From the NCBI GenBank assembly GCA_951406725.2, contig OX597820.1:21824001-21888000 (forward strand): DNA of 64,000 nt. Direction: 5' to 3'. Within the stretch, counting starts at the first letter, position 1; every line of letters begins with the position of its first letter. The notes beneath the pieces are model-generated. The model worked only from the letters and a program-made list of their open reading frames with translations, did not search any database and was not told the origin of the DNA. Shown here piece after piece: positions 26,035-39,659 of the stretch. The DNA is from Octopus vulgaris. Taxonomy: Eukaryota. A program made the position numbers and the translations under genes.

Positions 26035-26095
<61 letters not shown>

Positions 26096-26646
26096 TATAC
26101 ACACGTACACGTACGTGCAGGAATATACACATACAGAGAGAGTGGGGTAAAGACTACAATTTATTAATTGAGCATTATTGGTATAAGCACTTTCTCTCTC
26201 CTGATACGCATAAAGAGAAATACACTCAGACACATAAAGGGAAGGAGAGACAGGGGGAGAGACGGAGGGAGAGACGGACTGTGAAAGATAGACAGAAAGG
26301 GAGAGAGAGGGACTGAGGGAGAGAGGGACAGTGAAAGAAAGGGAGAAAGAGAGGAGGGAGAGAGGGACAGTGAAAGAGAGAAACATTGGTTTGTCAACGA
26401 TATTTCGTAAGGAGCATAGTTTTAGTTTCCTAGTTTCGGTTATAAATCTCGAAGTAGATAAAGCTATAAATGATAACGTGAATATTGGTTTAAAAAAACT
26501 TTCGGGTGGAAAAAGTTGAAAGCTTCCCGTGGTATAATTTATATATACCCGTCTTCACTAAAGTGTTTTCTCTGGTGGCCGTTTGACCAATCGACAGCAG
26601 CGTTTCTCTGCCATCGCAAGGTGAAGAGTTGAATTTGTCTTTGTAC

Positions 26647-26708
26647 AGAGTCTGATGAGCTGTCCACAAGGCTGCAGCTTTCGTGTATGCGAAACCATTG
26701 GTCACTCT
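26647..26708 (+). ncRNA. Type I hammerhead ribozyme (GUC site)
   Basis: AGAGT-CTGATGA-GC...AAGGCTGCAGCTTT...GC-GAAA-CCATTGG-TC-ACTCT; stem I AGAGT/ACTCT, stem III CCA/TGG. Confidence 0.7.
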
Positions 26709-26724
26709 ATGATCAGGCTTTAAT

Positions 26725-26826
26725 ATACATACATACATACAAACATACATACATACATACATACATACATACATACATACATACATACATACATACATAC
26801 ATACATACATACATACATACATACAT
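26725..26826. repeat. (TACA)n microsatellite
   Basis: Direct reading. Confidence 0.95.
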
Positions 26827-26828
26827 CG

Positions 26829-27155
26829 TGGCACTCCGTCTGTTATGGCGACGAGGGTTCCAGTTGATCCGATGAACGGAACAGTCTGCTCGTGAAATTA
26901 ACATGCAAGTGGCTGTGCACTCCAAAGACACGTAGTTCTTGGGGAAATTCAGCGTGACACAGAGTGTGACAAGGTTGGCCCTTTGAATTACAGGTACAAC
27001 AGAAACAGGAAGTAAGAGTGAGAGAAAGTTGTGGCGAAAGAGTACAGCAAGGATTGCCACCACCCCCTGTTGGAGACTCGTGGAGCTTTAGGTGTTTTCG
27101 CTCAATAAACACTCACAACGCCCGGTCTGGGAATCGAAACCGCGATCGCACCTCC
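26829..27155 (-). mobile_element. SINE family A with deleted head
   Basis: Reverse complement of 1530-1860. Confidence 0.85.
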
Positions 27156-27396
27156 ACAAATACATACATACATACATACATAGACAGATTCCTTTCATTG
27201 GTTCTTTGTCATTCATTCAGTCACTTCTAAGTATTATATTGTTAGAAAGCTCTAAACCTACTTTATCACAGACTTGGGTTAGATTCATGTTTATAAGAGA
27301 CATTCACCTTATATTTTGAAAAATATTTATGTGTGTACAGAAGATTTGTTGTGTGAACATACATGTGTTCGCGTGTATACGTATGTATACGTTATG

Positions 27397-27442
<46 letters not shown>

Positions 27443-29082
27443 TAATAAATACACGTGTATATATTTTCACTAAGGTTACAAACTCGTATAGTAGATATAT
27501 TTACGTTTAAAAGTCATTATAACTATACCATACGTACGCGCTGAAAAATGCGTGAAAAATACGCTTCTGTTTGTATGTTTCTGTCTAGAGGATAATGCCA
27601 TAGCCTTCCGTCGAATGAAAACTATTGAAGTATTTATTTATATAGAAGTTACTGAACAAAGTTCTTATTTTCTAATTTATTTTACAGAAGCGCCACCATC
27701 AGAAAAGCTTTCCCAATATCACAGCTTACATACATATATTTATACATATGGTGAAATTACAAAAATGCAACACACACACACAAACATACACATATACACC
27801 AAGTTATTCCAGTTACATTATCACTCATTCACACACATCCACTCTCTCTCTCTTTCTCTCTCTCTCTTTCCTTCTCTCTTTCTTTTTGTTTGTTACTTTC
27901 TTTTTTTTCTTACTCCCTGTCACTCACAAAATCTGCCAAAATAAGCAAAAGAACTACCTTTAATATAATACCTACCGTCTGCAGAGAGTAAATATACCTA
28001 CACATCAAACAGTTGAACACACTACCTTGACACAAACACTTTTAAGACCGTGTGCAAGTCTAAAACAGTTTTATGCTTTCGCACAAAAAAAAAAGTACCA
28101 AGCTAGCAACAAGAAAACAAATACCTACGAAAATAACTCGTGATTTGAAAACGAGAAGCAGGAGAAGGAAATGGAAAGAAAATCACATACAAGAATATAA
28201 GCAAAATAAACACGGAACATTTAATTATTTTCCTTTTCATCTTGTTTTATATTTGTTTGGCAATAATAGAAGCCTGAGACTTATAGAGCCAAAAGAACTT
28301 CATTAAAAAAATAATAAAGCAATAGTAACTTATAACTATATTGTTTTGCCATGAGCCATGAGCCATGAGCCCTCAGATCCTTGATAGAGTCATAGGAGGG
28401 TCCCCGTTATGTCTGTCGTAACGGAATAGCTCGGCCATTTTAAACCTGACGGAGCCTATATCTCATCAGATGAAGCCATAGTCGATTTCTTCCACAAAGA
28501 CAAGCAGACAAGTAAAGAGAGCGACAGGGACATTGACGGAAATATTATCTCCATTACAAGATGGATACTTTATTTATCTACCTCGCAAGGAGGAAAGGAA
28601 AATTTAATCTCAGTGGCATTTGAACTCAAAGCACAAAATGCCAGGCCGAGTACTGCTAGATAGTAATACCGTCTTAAGGCATGGGCTCACTGGACAATTA
28701 TCCAAGGGCTTCACGAGTCTAGGGGTTCAATTCTGAACTATGCATACTGCGGCTTGCTGTCAATAATTAAATATTATAGGGCCCAGAACTGGTAAAATAG
28801 GCCTGTTATTAGGTAATCCATTCGACGTTTTAACGATTCGACCTATTCGATGTCTTAAGAAGATATAGTGCAGGTGTAGAAGATTAAGAAGATATAGTGG
28901 AGGTACATGGTCTAGTGGTTAGAGCAGGGGATTCACGGTCGAGGGATCGCGGATTCGAATCTCAGACCGGGCGATGTGTGTGTTCATGAGAGAAACACCT
29001 AAGCTCCACGCAAAAAAAAATAGGGGGCGGCGAGCTGGCAGAAACGTTAGCATACCGGACAAAATGCTTAGCAGTACTTCAA

Positions 29083-29720
29083 TAGAGATAGTGTATCACA
29101 GAAATGTCACAGTGTAAAATGGGAAACAGATTAGGTTTATCCGTGGAACGAAAAGCCTACGGATTAGAGCACGGTAACCTAGGTCAATAATGTCATGCAA
29201 AAACCACATTACAATAAGTGACTCTCTTTTTCCCTTTTTTTTCGGTTCATAGGATTATGCTCAAGGTGGCTCCACCAATCACACGTGCCATCCTTGCTAC
29301 ATTCACCCATCTTTTTTTAAACATTCACTAGACAAAACTTCCCTCTCTACTCTCACTTTTCTCTTCAAGTGATACTTGAAGAAGTTGAGGAGAGATTCAC
29401 CAGAGAGGAAAATGTTTATCTCTAGATTTTTCAGACGCGCCCACCATACACATTCTTTCGCCATAGCCACAAGCACGATGAAAATGGCTCTTCCTTCCCG
29501 TTTCAAGGAAGGAGGCGCGACAATATTCACGATAGACTCGGTTGATAAACTGACTCATCCCACACGCAATAGCACAGATAGATAGATATGTTTCTTTATT
29601 AGCCACACAGGACTGAACACAGACGGGACAAATTACAAAGTAGAGCTTTTCTTTTTGGGGAGAAAAAAAAGTGGGGGTAGGTTTTCGATCAAAAGGGATC
29701 GTAAAAAGGAAAGGAAAAAA
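29083..29720 (-). mobile_element. Tx1/L1-like LINE 3' fragments: ORF2 C-terminus + 3' UTR (29083-29573) and a separate terminal piece (29591-29720)
   Basis: ORF 29303-29530 (FIVLVAMAKECVWWAR...FFKYHLKRKVRVE) continues the zf-RVT peptide seen at 62375-62610 (LLSRVGWIRLSAESIVKI vs LLRVG*VSLSTESIVNI). Confidence 0.7.
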
Positions 29721-29759
29721 TAGATAGATAGATAGATAGATAGATAGATGTGTGTGTGC

Positions 29760-29795
<36 letters not shown>

Positions 29796-30515
29796 TTACT
29801 CTCCCTTCTCTTAGCCGCACAGAAAGTCTCGTGTTTAGAAAATACAATTTTTCTCAGATTTTATTTTCGTCCTTCTGACTTGTCTTCATTTCTATTTTCG
29901 TTAATACTTAATCTAGTTACTGTAAGAGTAGGACAAAGCTCAATGTCTTCTAAGCAGCATACATGAAATTTTCAATGAATGTTTTCTTGTTTCTTTGTTA
30001 CATTTTATTCTTTATCTTTTTATTTCTTTTTATCTTAGGGTCTTTAGAAAATTTCTTTATGAGAAAATGTTCAACAAATCACATCCCGTCTTCAATCTGT
30101 CCAATTTATCTCAAATTACTACACAGTTTCCTACGAAGCACGCTTAAGAAACACTTCTTTTATCAGTTGTCTAATGTTTGCAGTTATTTATGAAAACTAT
30201 TGACACACCTAGAATTTTGTCTGCTTCTGTTATTCTTCCTCGGCAGTTTTTCGTACGAAGGTCACTATTTCTATTTTATTTTGGAATGTGTTACAGATTG
30301 GGAGCTGGCTGTTATTCCGCTCCATGCTTCTATAAATTGTAGATGATATGAGATGAGTTTTCAGTTTGTTACACCTGAATTTTTCATTCACATTACCGAA
30401 TGAGACGAATGGGCGCAGCTGTTTGGGCGCTGGCGATTTGGCACAGCTGACTGGACAGAGAACCTGCTTTCGCGACGACACCTTTTGTCACTGGAGGCAT
30501 ACACACAGACAGACA

Positions 30516-30553
<38 letters not shown>

Positions 30554-30700
30554 AATACACATAAAGTTAGAGTAAGAAAGTGGCATTACAAACAACAAGA
30601 TACATGTGTATTGATGTATATGTATGTACGCATGCGTGCGAACGAATTAAAATTTATCTTTCTCATATACGTTAAGAGAAATATACTCACATACATAAAC

Positions 30701-31005
30701 ATGACCCAGTGGTTAGTACAGCGGACTCGCGGTCGGAGGATCGCAGTTTCGATTCCCAGACCAGGTGTTGTGTGTGTTTATTGAGCGAAAACACGTGAAG
30801 CTCCACGAGGCTTGGCAGGGGATGGTGGCGACCCCTGTTGTACTCTTTCGCCCTGACTTTCTCTCACTCTCTCTTCCTGTTTCTTGGGTAACGCTGCGAT
30901 GGACTGGCGTCCTGTCCAACTGGGGGTGGGGAACACATACGCCACAGAAACCGGGAAACCGGGCCCATGAGCCTGGCTAGGCTTCAAAAGGGCGCATAAA
31001 TAAAT
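30701..31005 (+). mobile_element. SINE head A + tail 2 (A2)
   Basis: A head and body joined to CTGCGATGGACTGGCGTCC...GAAACCGGGAAACCGGGCCCATGAG tail; TSD-like ACATAAACA. Confidence 0.9.
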
Positions 31006-32631
31006 AAAACATAAACACAGAAATGGAGTGGGGAGAACGAGAGAAACACAAAAACGTCTGGTGACAAATAAGTCAACACCGAATCAGCGGTGTCAAAACA
31101 GTTGTTCCAAAATGTCTCATACCCTAGAATTTATATGCATGTGTATGAGTCCAAACGCTTAGAATCTATCTGTATGTGTATGGGCCTTGTTTAAGAAGGG
31201 AAAACACGCTGAATAATGTATCACAGTGTTTGAAAGCAGAAAGAGGGTAAGGTATTTGCTTGGCCACGCTGAACCGAGTCCCACAAACAACAACTTATAT
31301 GTGTATCAACGTAAATGTATGCATGTATGTATAAATGTAGGCGTTTGTGTGTGGACGAATCGTCGTTGTTTAGGATCAGTCCTGATCGGGCAGACATATG
31401 ACCAAAAGCGTTCCAGCCGTGGTCGTCGTGTCTTTCTCACGTACGTAAAATTTGATTGTTAATTGTACTCCTCGTTTCTTTAAGACAATAGTGTGTAATT
31501 TTTGAAAGATTTGAGAGCTACTTTTTACACATCGAACGACCACATAATAGTTTTTTTATCGATTATTTGTGCGTATTTATATCAGGTGATTCCACCACAA
31601 CCATTAGCTTGGGGTTTGGAATAGAATACGCTGTTAGTGTTTCGTTTCCTTTGTCTTGGTTCATTCAAGTCACCCATAATTTATTCTGAATAGAACATAA
31701 CTGCTACATAATATTGCAGTTCATTCAATGGTCGAATTATGTTTCTCTTTATATTATTTACACATTTCGTATAATGCTTATAGGTGTGTTGTTAATCTTT
31801 CTAGCTTGCGAAATTCCCATTTTCTTTCTACAAATAGTGTTATTTGTCGCAGTGAAATTCAAGCAACTAAAACCGTATTCACTCTCTTATTTCTTTCGGT
31901 AGTTAAAGTGGTTATAGAATCGCTAGAACTTTAGGAAAATGGCTGGGAATATTTATTTCGGCTCTTTCTTCTTCTTTTTTTGTCTGAGTTCAAATCACAT
32001 CAAAGTTACATTTTCTTTTTATCAAACGGAGATCGAATAAACTCAAGCACTGCGATCGATGGTTCCAACTAACCATTTCTCTCAAGAATTCTGGGCTTGT
32101 ACCTAAATCAAACGCCTTTATTTCTTCATAGTCTTTATGCAGTCAATCAAATGATCTAACCATTATTTTAATACTTTGTTGTTATTGGAGATCTTTTGTT
32201 TTATTCTTTTTTTCTCTTAAACCTAGAAGATAATTTCTAATACGTAACATACGTGAATTCGATCTCATAGCCTTCCTTCTTCAGATTCAATTCATGCTTC
32301 ATCTTTGGTAAACCTAGCATATTGGTAAACCTTCACAACCGGTAGAGGTGAATACTTATACAAGTTGGTCACTACACCGGCTGCCTTATATCCCAGCCCA
32401 TCATATTCGTTGAAAGACAGGATTCATTTCAGCATTGAGCAAAAGGAACTTTTCTAGTTTTAGCGTCAAATTCCTAAGATAAATTTCTCGAAGTTTTTTG
32501 TGTGGTTGTAAAAAACCACCTACATATTTGCTCGTCTTCAGTCTAGAGTAGCATGGTTTGCTAGTCGGAGATGCCTATCTAGCTCTTGTAAATATAATTA
32601 TTCTAGTGAAATTCTTTTACTGATATATATA

Positions 32632-32880
32632 TACGTGGTCTAGTGGTTAGAGTTTTACACTCGCGATCTCAAAACCATGGTTTCGATTCCTAGACCGGAG
32701 ATGTTTTGTTCTTGTGCAAAACACCTTCTTTTCATGTTGCTCTAGTCGTCTCAGCCGCAAATAAGTTATGTAATTCTGCGACGGGGTGGGATCCTTTTCA
32801 GGGTGGACTATCGTGATCTTCTCATTCAGTTATACGCTATGGAAACCGGGTAACCGACCCTATGAGACCTTAAGACTCGA
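32632..32880 (+). mobile_element. SINE family C, diverged
   Basis: GGTCTAGTGG A-box, GGTTTCGATTCC B-box, C body, GGAAACCGGG tail. Confidence 0.75.
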
Positions 32881-32899
32881 AACAGTAATAGTCCAGGGA

Positions 32900-32920
32900 T
32901 TGATGATGTTGATGACGATA

Positions 32921-32967
<47 letters not shown>

Positions 32968-32968
32968 A

Positions 32969-33003
<35 letters not shown>

Positions 33004-33045
33004 AATGATGATGATAATGATGATGATAATGATGATGATGATCAT
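32900..33045. repeat. (GAT)n microsatellite
   Basis: Direct reading. Confidence 0.95.
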
Positions 33046-33403
33046 GTTGGTGTTGTTGATAAATATAACTTCCGATTCATCAACCCACGAAAGCATAAAG
33101 AATAACACACCTAGTAAACTTTACAATCTCAGTTTCTGTAATTACTGAATGCAACTGCTTTAGCGTCTAACCGTGTGACTGTATGTAATTATAATTAACG
33201 TAGGGTAGCGTTCGATACCTAACCTCCGTTCCAAGAACATTGCTATTATATTTCATAGAAAATCTACCTTTTCGGTAAGAACTGGAACGCAGCCTCTTAC
33301 GTAATAACGTTGGTTTTAATTAGAATAGTATTATTTTATAATGTAAATATACTGCAAGGAAGCTTAATTAGTAGACGCCCTAACGAATGCGTATGTGCAT
33401 ATG

Positions 33404-33836
<433 letters not shown>

Positions 33837-34113
33837 ATTCATGTATACTTACATGTATTTCTTTTTTGTTTTTCTTTTTTGCATATTTATTTATTTAAGT
33901 GCAGTTTTTCCAAATACCTTTTCTCTTTTTTCTTTACGCAGTTTTATATTATTTCCAAATTCCTATCTCAGAGATTATCGCCTTCGTATCAGATCTCTTT
34001 CTTCAAAGAGATAAGCAACTGCAAATATATTATATGCGAATATGCATGAATCAAAATAGGAATGTATATACTTACACATACACTCACACACTCCACATAC
34101 ATACACATACACT

Positions 34114-34219
<106 letters not shown>

Positions 34220-35412
34220 CCCTATATATACATACTTATGTACGTATTACGCCATGCAAATATAGAAACTTCGAGATAATGTGAAATGATTTGTTTTCAG
34301 TTGTTGAACTCGAGGTAGATAAAGCTATAAAGCATCGACTTCATTCATTTATAGCTTTATCTATAACATATAAAATTAATTATATATTTAGTGTTTTATT
34401 GGAAGTTAAAACTTTACAAGCTGCTATTCCTAGTGTCAAGTAATTAATCATAAAACAAAAAAATAGAGTTTGCTTTTATGAGATAATCGATTACGTGAAA
34501 CTCAGAGTAAAGGTTTGTAGAGTTTTTCAGCTTAAATGAAACATTATACTCTTCTTTTGATATTTGACTACGATTTTTTCCATCTTGTTTTGTACCTAAG
34601 GTCTCTCATATGTGTGCATGTGTGTATGTGTTTGTGTATGTGTGTGTATGTGTGTGTTATATATGTGTGTGTGTGTACTCTTGAACATCCAACGTAAAGA
34701 TCAAGCTATAAAGCGACAACCTAAAAATGTGGCCTTGCAATTTATTGATTGTCATGGCAAAACTACGACTCGCTGGAAGTTGAAGTTGTTTGAATTGAAA
34801 TGGGACATTGTCTTTTGAGTCCGTGCGACGGTGGCTTTTTTGCGCTTGTCATCGGATCGATGCGTTCTATGCTTGAGTGCCTCGCGATGCCGTGCGACGG
34901 AGACTCGTCTTCGAATATAATCAAGTCTATTCCTTCTTTATTCCAGTGTTTCCTGATTCTACGAGATGAAATTCCTTGCACACATGTATTTACTCACACT
35001 GACACACACACGCATGCATATTTACAGCCATACACACACTCAGCGTGAAAGATATGCATATGCAGAGAAAAAGTGAGAGGGAGTGTGGTAAATATATATA
35101 GAGAGGGGCAAGTTTACGGGGAAAAAAGCATAAAAGACAGAGACAAACAGACAGACTAATACAGAGAAGTACATAGACAGATGCGCTCGTCTCTTCCGAG
35201 CCATATCAAGAGAGAGTGAGGAGTAACACATGTCAGAGACATACATCTACAGAAAGAGAGTGAGAAAGAGTTGTAAATATATAGAGAGAGGGGTAAACAT
35301 AAAAAAAAACAGAAAGAGAGAAAGGGGTAGATGGACAGACAGTTATAAGACACGATACTCACACATACATACATAAACACACGCACACACTTATATGTAT
35401 GTATAAATATAC

Positions 35413-35446
<34 letters not shown>

Positions 35447-35451
35447 ATGCA

Positions 35452-35489
<38 letters not shown>

Positions 35490-35929
35490 TACACAAGCGT
35501 ACACACCTTAATGGGTTTAAGATGGCGACTTCTAAACACATTCGAATCTGGTGATCTAGAAGTTGAGTTGCTTCTCGTAATAAATTATAGTTTTATTAAA
35601 TAACGAAAAATTTTCTCCTTGGGCTGCAGATTTCGAAAATCATGTGTATTTTTCTCCAGGGAGCACCGTTTCGGAGCCTTTCGTTAACATGCACATATAC
35701 ATCCAAACATACACTCTTATTTATAAAGTAAGTGTGTGTGTGTGTGTAAAGGCGCATGGCTCTGTGGTTAGAGCTTCGAGCTTACGATCTATCTATCTAT
35801 ATATCTATCTATCTATCTAAGTGTATGTGCATGTGTGTGTATGTGCATGTGTGTGTATGTGCAGTGTGTGCGTGTATGTGTAAGTATATACATTCCTATT
35901 TTGATTTGCATATAATATGTATATGCATT

Positions 35930-36003
35930 GTGTCCGGGGAATTGAACTCACGGCTTTATGATCGTAGGCCCATTGCCCTAACCACTAAGCTACGCGCCTT
36001 CAC

Positions 36004-36092
<89 letters not shown>

Positions 36093-36292
36093 GCTCCGAG
36101 AGCGATTCGAACGTGACGCAGAGTATGACAAGGCTGGCCCTTCGAAATACAGGTACTACTCATTTTTGCCAACTGAGCGCACTGAGCAACGTGAAATAAA
36201 GTATTTTGCTCAAGGACACAATGCCGGAATTGAACTCGCGACTTTACGATCGTAAGCCCATTGCCCTAACCACTAAGCTACGCGCCCTCACC
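35930..36292 (-). mobile_element. Duplicated SINE C-head fragments; the second carries part of tail 1
   Basis: GAATTGAACTC...CCCTAACCACTAAGCTACGCGCC occurs twice, each followed by (TA)n(AAT)n. Confidence 0.7.
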
Positions 36293-36301
36293 ATGTATAT
36301 A

Positions 36302-36370
<69 letters not shown>

Positions 36371-36371
<1 letters not shown>

Positions 36372-36837
36372 GTATAAAAGATGGGCTACAGAAAATATTC
36401 TGCTCAATACCACAGACATGCTTGTCAGTTGTTTGACCCTAATCCGTTGACCATGTCCCTTAGAGGCTGACGATATGTGCATCTCTGATCACGAGCAGAA
36501 GTAGTGGGGGAGCATCATAGCCATGTGTTGAGAGGGATTCATTGGGATATGAATAATTCACCTCTGGAAACATGGGTGGTTCGTTCAACATCCTTAAACA
36601 ACCCTTATTCAGGGACCTTTTGAGTGGGATGGGTTACTCGACCAGAAGAAAATTCTAACTGGGCCCCATCTGCAAGGTCATGTGCTGTTTATCTTGATAT
36701 GAGATCACCATGTCGCGCACATATAGTTGAGATGCATGTGCCTTGTGTACCTTTATCAGCCGGGTAGCTATGGGTATACTGGGCTTCGTATATTTTACCC
36801 CAGTGTCACTTTGATGGCATGCACTGCTCTCCCACTC
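36371..36837 (+). mobile_element. Probable non-LTR retrotransposon 3' UTR inserted in (AAT)n
   Basis: ~470-bp higher-GC block bounded on both sides by same-orientation (AAT)n; no ORF; strand inferred. Confidence 0.45.
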
Positions 36838-36895
<58 letters not shown>

Positions 36896-37037
36896 GAAAT
36901 ATTATTCCAAACTTACAGGGGAAAATATATAGATTATAAAATCAAAATATATATTGGTATATGTTTTTATCTTATATTGAATTTTTTTTCTATATGGTAT
37001 AATTTGTTTCATTGTTGAACTATATATACATATACAT

Positions 37038-37072
<35 letters not shown>

Positions 37073-37265
37073 GTGTGTATATGTATATAAATTAGAAAAA
37101 AAACCACCTTTTATCAATTCAACAATGAAAAATTAATATTATACGATATAGAAAAAAAATTCAATATAAATAAAAACATATACCAATGATTAAGTAATGT
37201 ACAATTTTATATTTTGATTTTATAATCTATACCTATTTTCCCTGTAAGTTTGGAATAATATTTCC

Positions 37266-37326
<61 letters not shown>

Positions 37327-37721
37327 TCTAGCGGTGTCATATGAAATTGTCACCCATAATTATGCATTTCAATCTATTGCATTTCAATCTGTTTTAGGGT
37401 TAGGGTTAGTTAGGGTTAGGGTTAGGGGGGAAGGGTATCTTTTTTTTCTTCAGAAATGTAAATAAACCCAATTGTTTCTTAAACGAGGGACATATTCATA
37501 CGACACAGAATGTTTTCACTTCAATAGACGTCATTGATTGGTTGAAATTTCAGAAATTGAAGAGAAAAAAACAACAAATATCTTACAAACTATAGAATTT
37601 TCTCAATAAAACCAAGAGATAAAGATGTTTTATAAACACATTCTACCAGTATACGAAGTTTAAAAGTGTTTAGTTACGTGGAAATTATTTTGAAAAACTG
37701 CCGTTCAAACCGAAAAGATCC
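37327..37721. mobile_element. Second copy (inverted, one TIR lost) of the CCCTAA-containing TIR element
   Basis: Reverse complement of 6183-6580, including TTAGGG repeats; the missing TIR is replaced by (ATT)n. Confidence 0.85.
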
Positions 37722-38511
37722 CCATTGTGTCCTAAAATAGACTCGATTTTTTTAATATGATATGATTCTTTTTCTCCGTATCTATATATGTATATCCTAT
37801 ATATACTCCTCTAACGCAGTGAGTTGCTCCGGCTAAAAAAATTGTTTCAGGTGAAATCATTTGAAGTGTGTGGGACGCGGAGAGAAAACAACACGATAGC
37901 AGTTGCTGACTTTTTTTCTTATTCTTTAACTGTTACTTTCAGAGATCTAAGATTAATCTGGTTGATTAATCATTAAGAAATATATCATATGTAATAGCTG
38001 TCTACTTAAAACGATAAAACCAAGAGATTAGCGTTCAAAAGAAATGTCTTTAGATTCTTAGACATATAAAAGCGATGTAATCGTATAAACGAACTCGTTA
38101 AGTCAGTTTTCGTGCTGCTTTCTGGGAGAGATTGAAAAAGTTGCTCTCAGCTATCATCTATGTCTATTTTAAGTGAACAGAAATATATTCGGAGATATAC
38201 CCTGACGAAGAAAAAACATATAATAATGTGGAGCTATTTCAATCAACGTAGTCTTTGGGATTCTTGAAACAAAACGAAACCTTCTTTTACCCCCTAACAT
38301 ATGGGTTTCATTAACAAAATATAATATGAAACTGTATGACAGACGAAATATGTAAAAGTATTTTTGTTCATTTTTTTGGGTTTTTTTTTTTTTTGTGGGT
38401 GATGGAGATGTTGGATTTTTAACACGAAATAAATACCAGAAATTCAGAAATTCCATGCTATATTCGTATCTTCATTTCATTGTAATCGCATATATACTAT
38501 CAGTATATATG

Positions 38512-38616
<105 letters not shown>

Positions 38617-38752
38617 GATATTTGTAAACAAACCCAGAGGCTTGATAATTTACGGTGGAAAAGCGACTACTTTCGCAGTTGCTGTATATACATATATATG
38701 ATACAACGATATATGTGTGTTTGTGCGCGTGTGTGTGTGTATATAAACACAA

Positions 38753-38796
<44 letters not shown>

Positions 38797-39056
38797 GCAT
38801 GCACACATACCGAGAAACATACATGTATCTTAACATGTGTATGTATATATATATTCAAATTTTGACACACAGCCAGTAGCTTTAGAAGGAGGGGAGTCAT
38901 CGATACCAACGCCCAACAGGTACTTAGTGTGTCGATCCCGAAAGCCGACCTCCGCGGAATTTAGATGCAAAGTATATAATGAGTCGAAAGAAATACTGCT
39001 AGACATTTGGTCCGACGCTCTAACGATTCTGCCACCTCGCTACCTTCTACATCTAT

Positions 39057-39122
<66 letters not shown>

Positions 39123-39267
39123 AGATGTAGAAGGTAGCGAGGTGGCACAAATATAAGGACACAGGAAGTGTTCAAAGCCGACAGGAAGCGTTCGATGCTT
39201 CCTAGGGCTAAACAGTGGTGATGTAATTCCCATACGGGACTGTCACGTTAAGTTGACAGTATACAAC

Positions 39268-39305
<38 letters not shown>

Positions 39306-39309
<4 letters not shown>

Positions 39310-39595
39310 AAATAAGCAGCAAGGATATCCAAAGGTAATGCAGTACGATCGTTTCAAGCAACTCCATTTAATTGAACAATGCAGTCAATTTAAAATGCAG
39401 AGCAATCCTGTCTTTATGCAGCTGAGGATTGCTCTGCATTTAAAATGATTGCATTGTTCAATTAAATGGAATTACTTGAAACGATAGCACTGCATTACCT
39501 CTGGATATCATTGTTGCTTATTTTGATTTTAATCACCTTATTTTGAAAGTGTATGGATAATACCGTACTGAATTCTGGTGCCTCAACTTTACCAT
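39306..39595. mobile_element. Penelope-type pseudo-LTR fragment forming a ~220-bp palindrome, with a decayed hammerhead (39416-39495, +)
   Basis: 39306-39409 is the reverse complement of 39425-39527; homologous to 49765-49960; flanked by (TA)n. Confidence 0.7.
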
Positions 39596-39598
39596 ATT

Positions 39599-39631
<33 letters not shown>

Positions 39632-39659
39632 ATGTGTGTGTGTGTGTATGTATGTATAT

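Noticed and set aside
37395-37430. TTAGGG repeats as a true telomere
   Set aside because: Only a few units, internal to a dispersed TIR element
38195-38285. CTGACGA...TTCTTGAAAC motif
   Set aside because: No stem III, cleavage triplet or stem I
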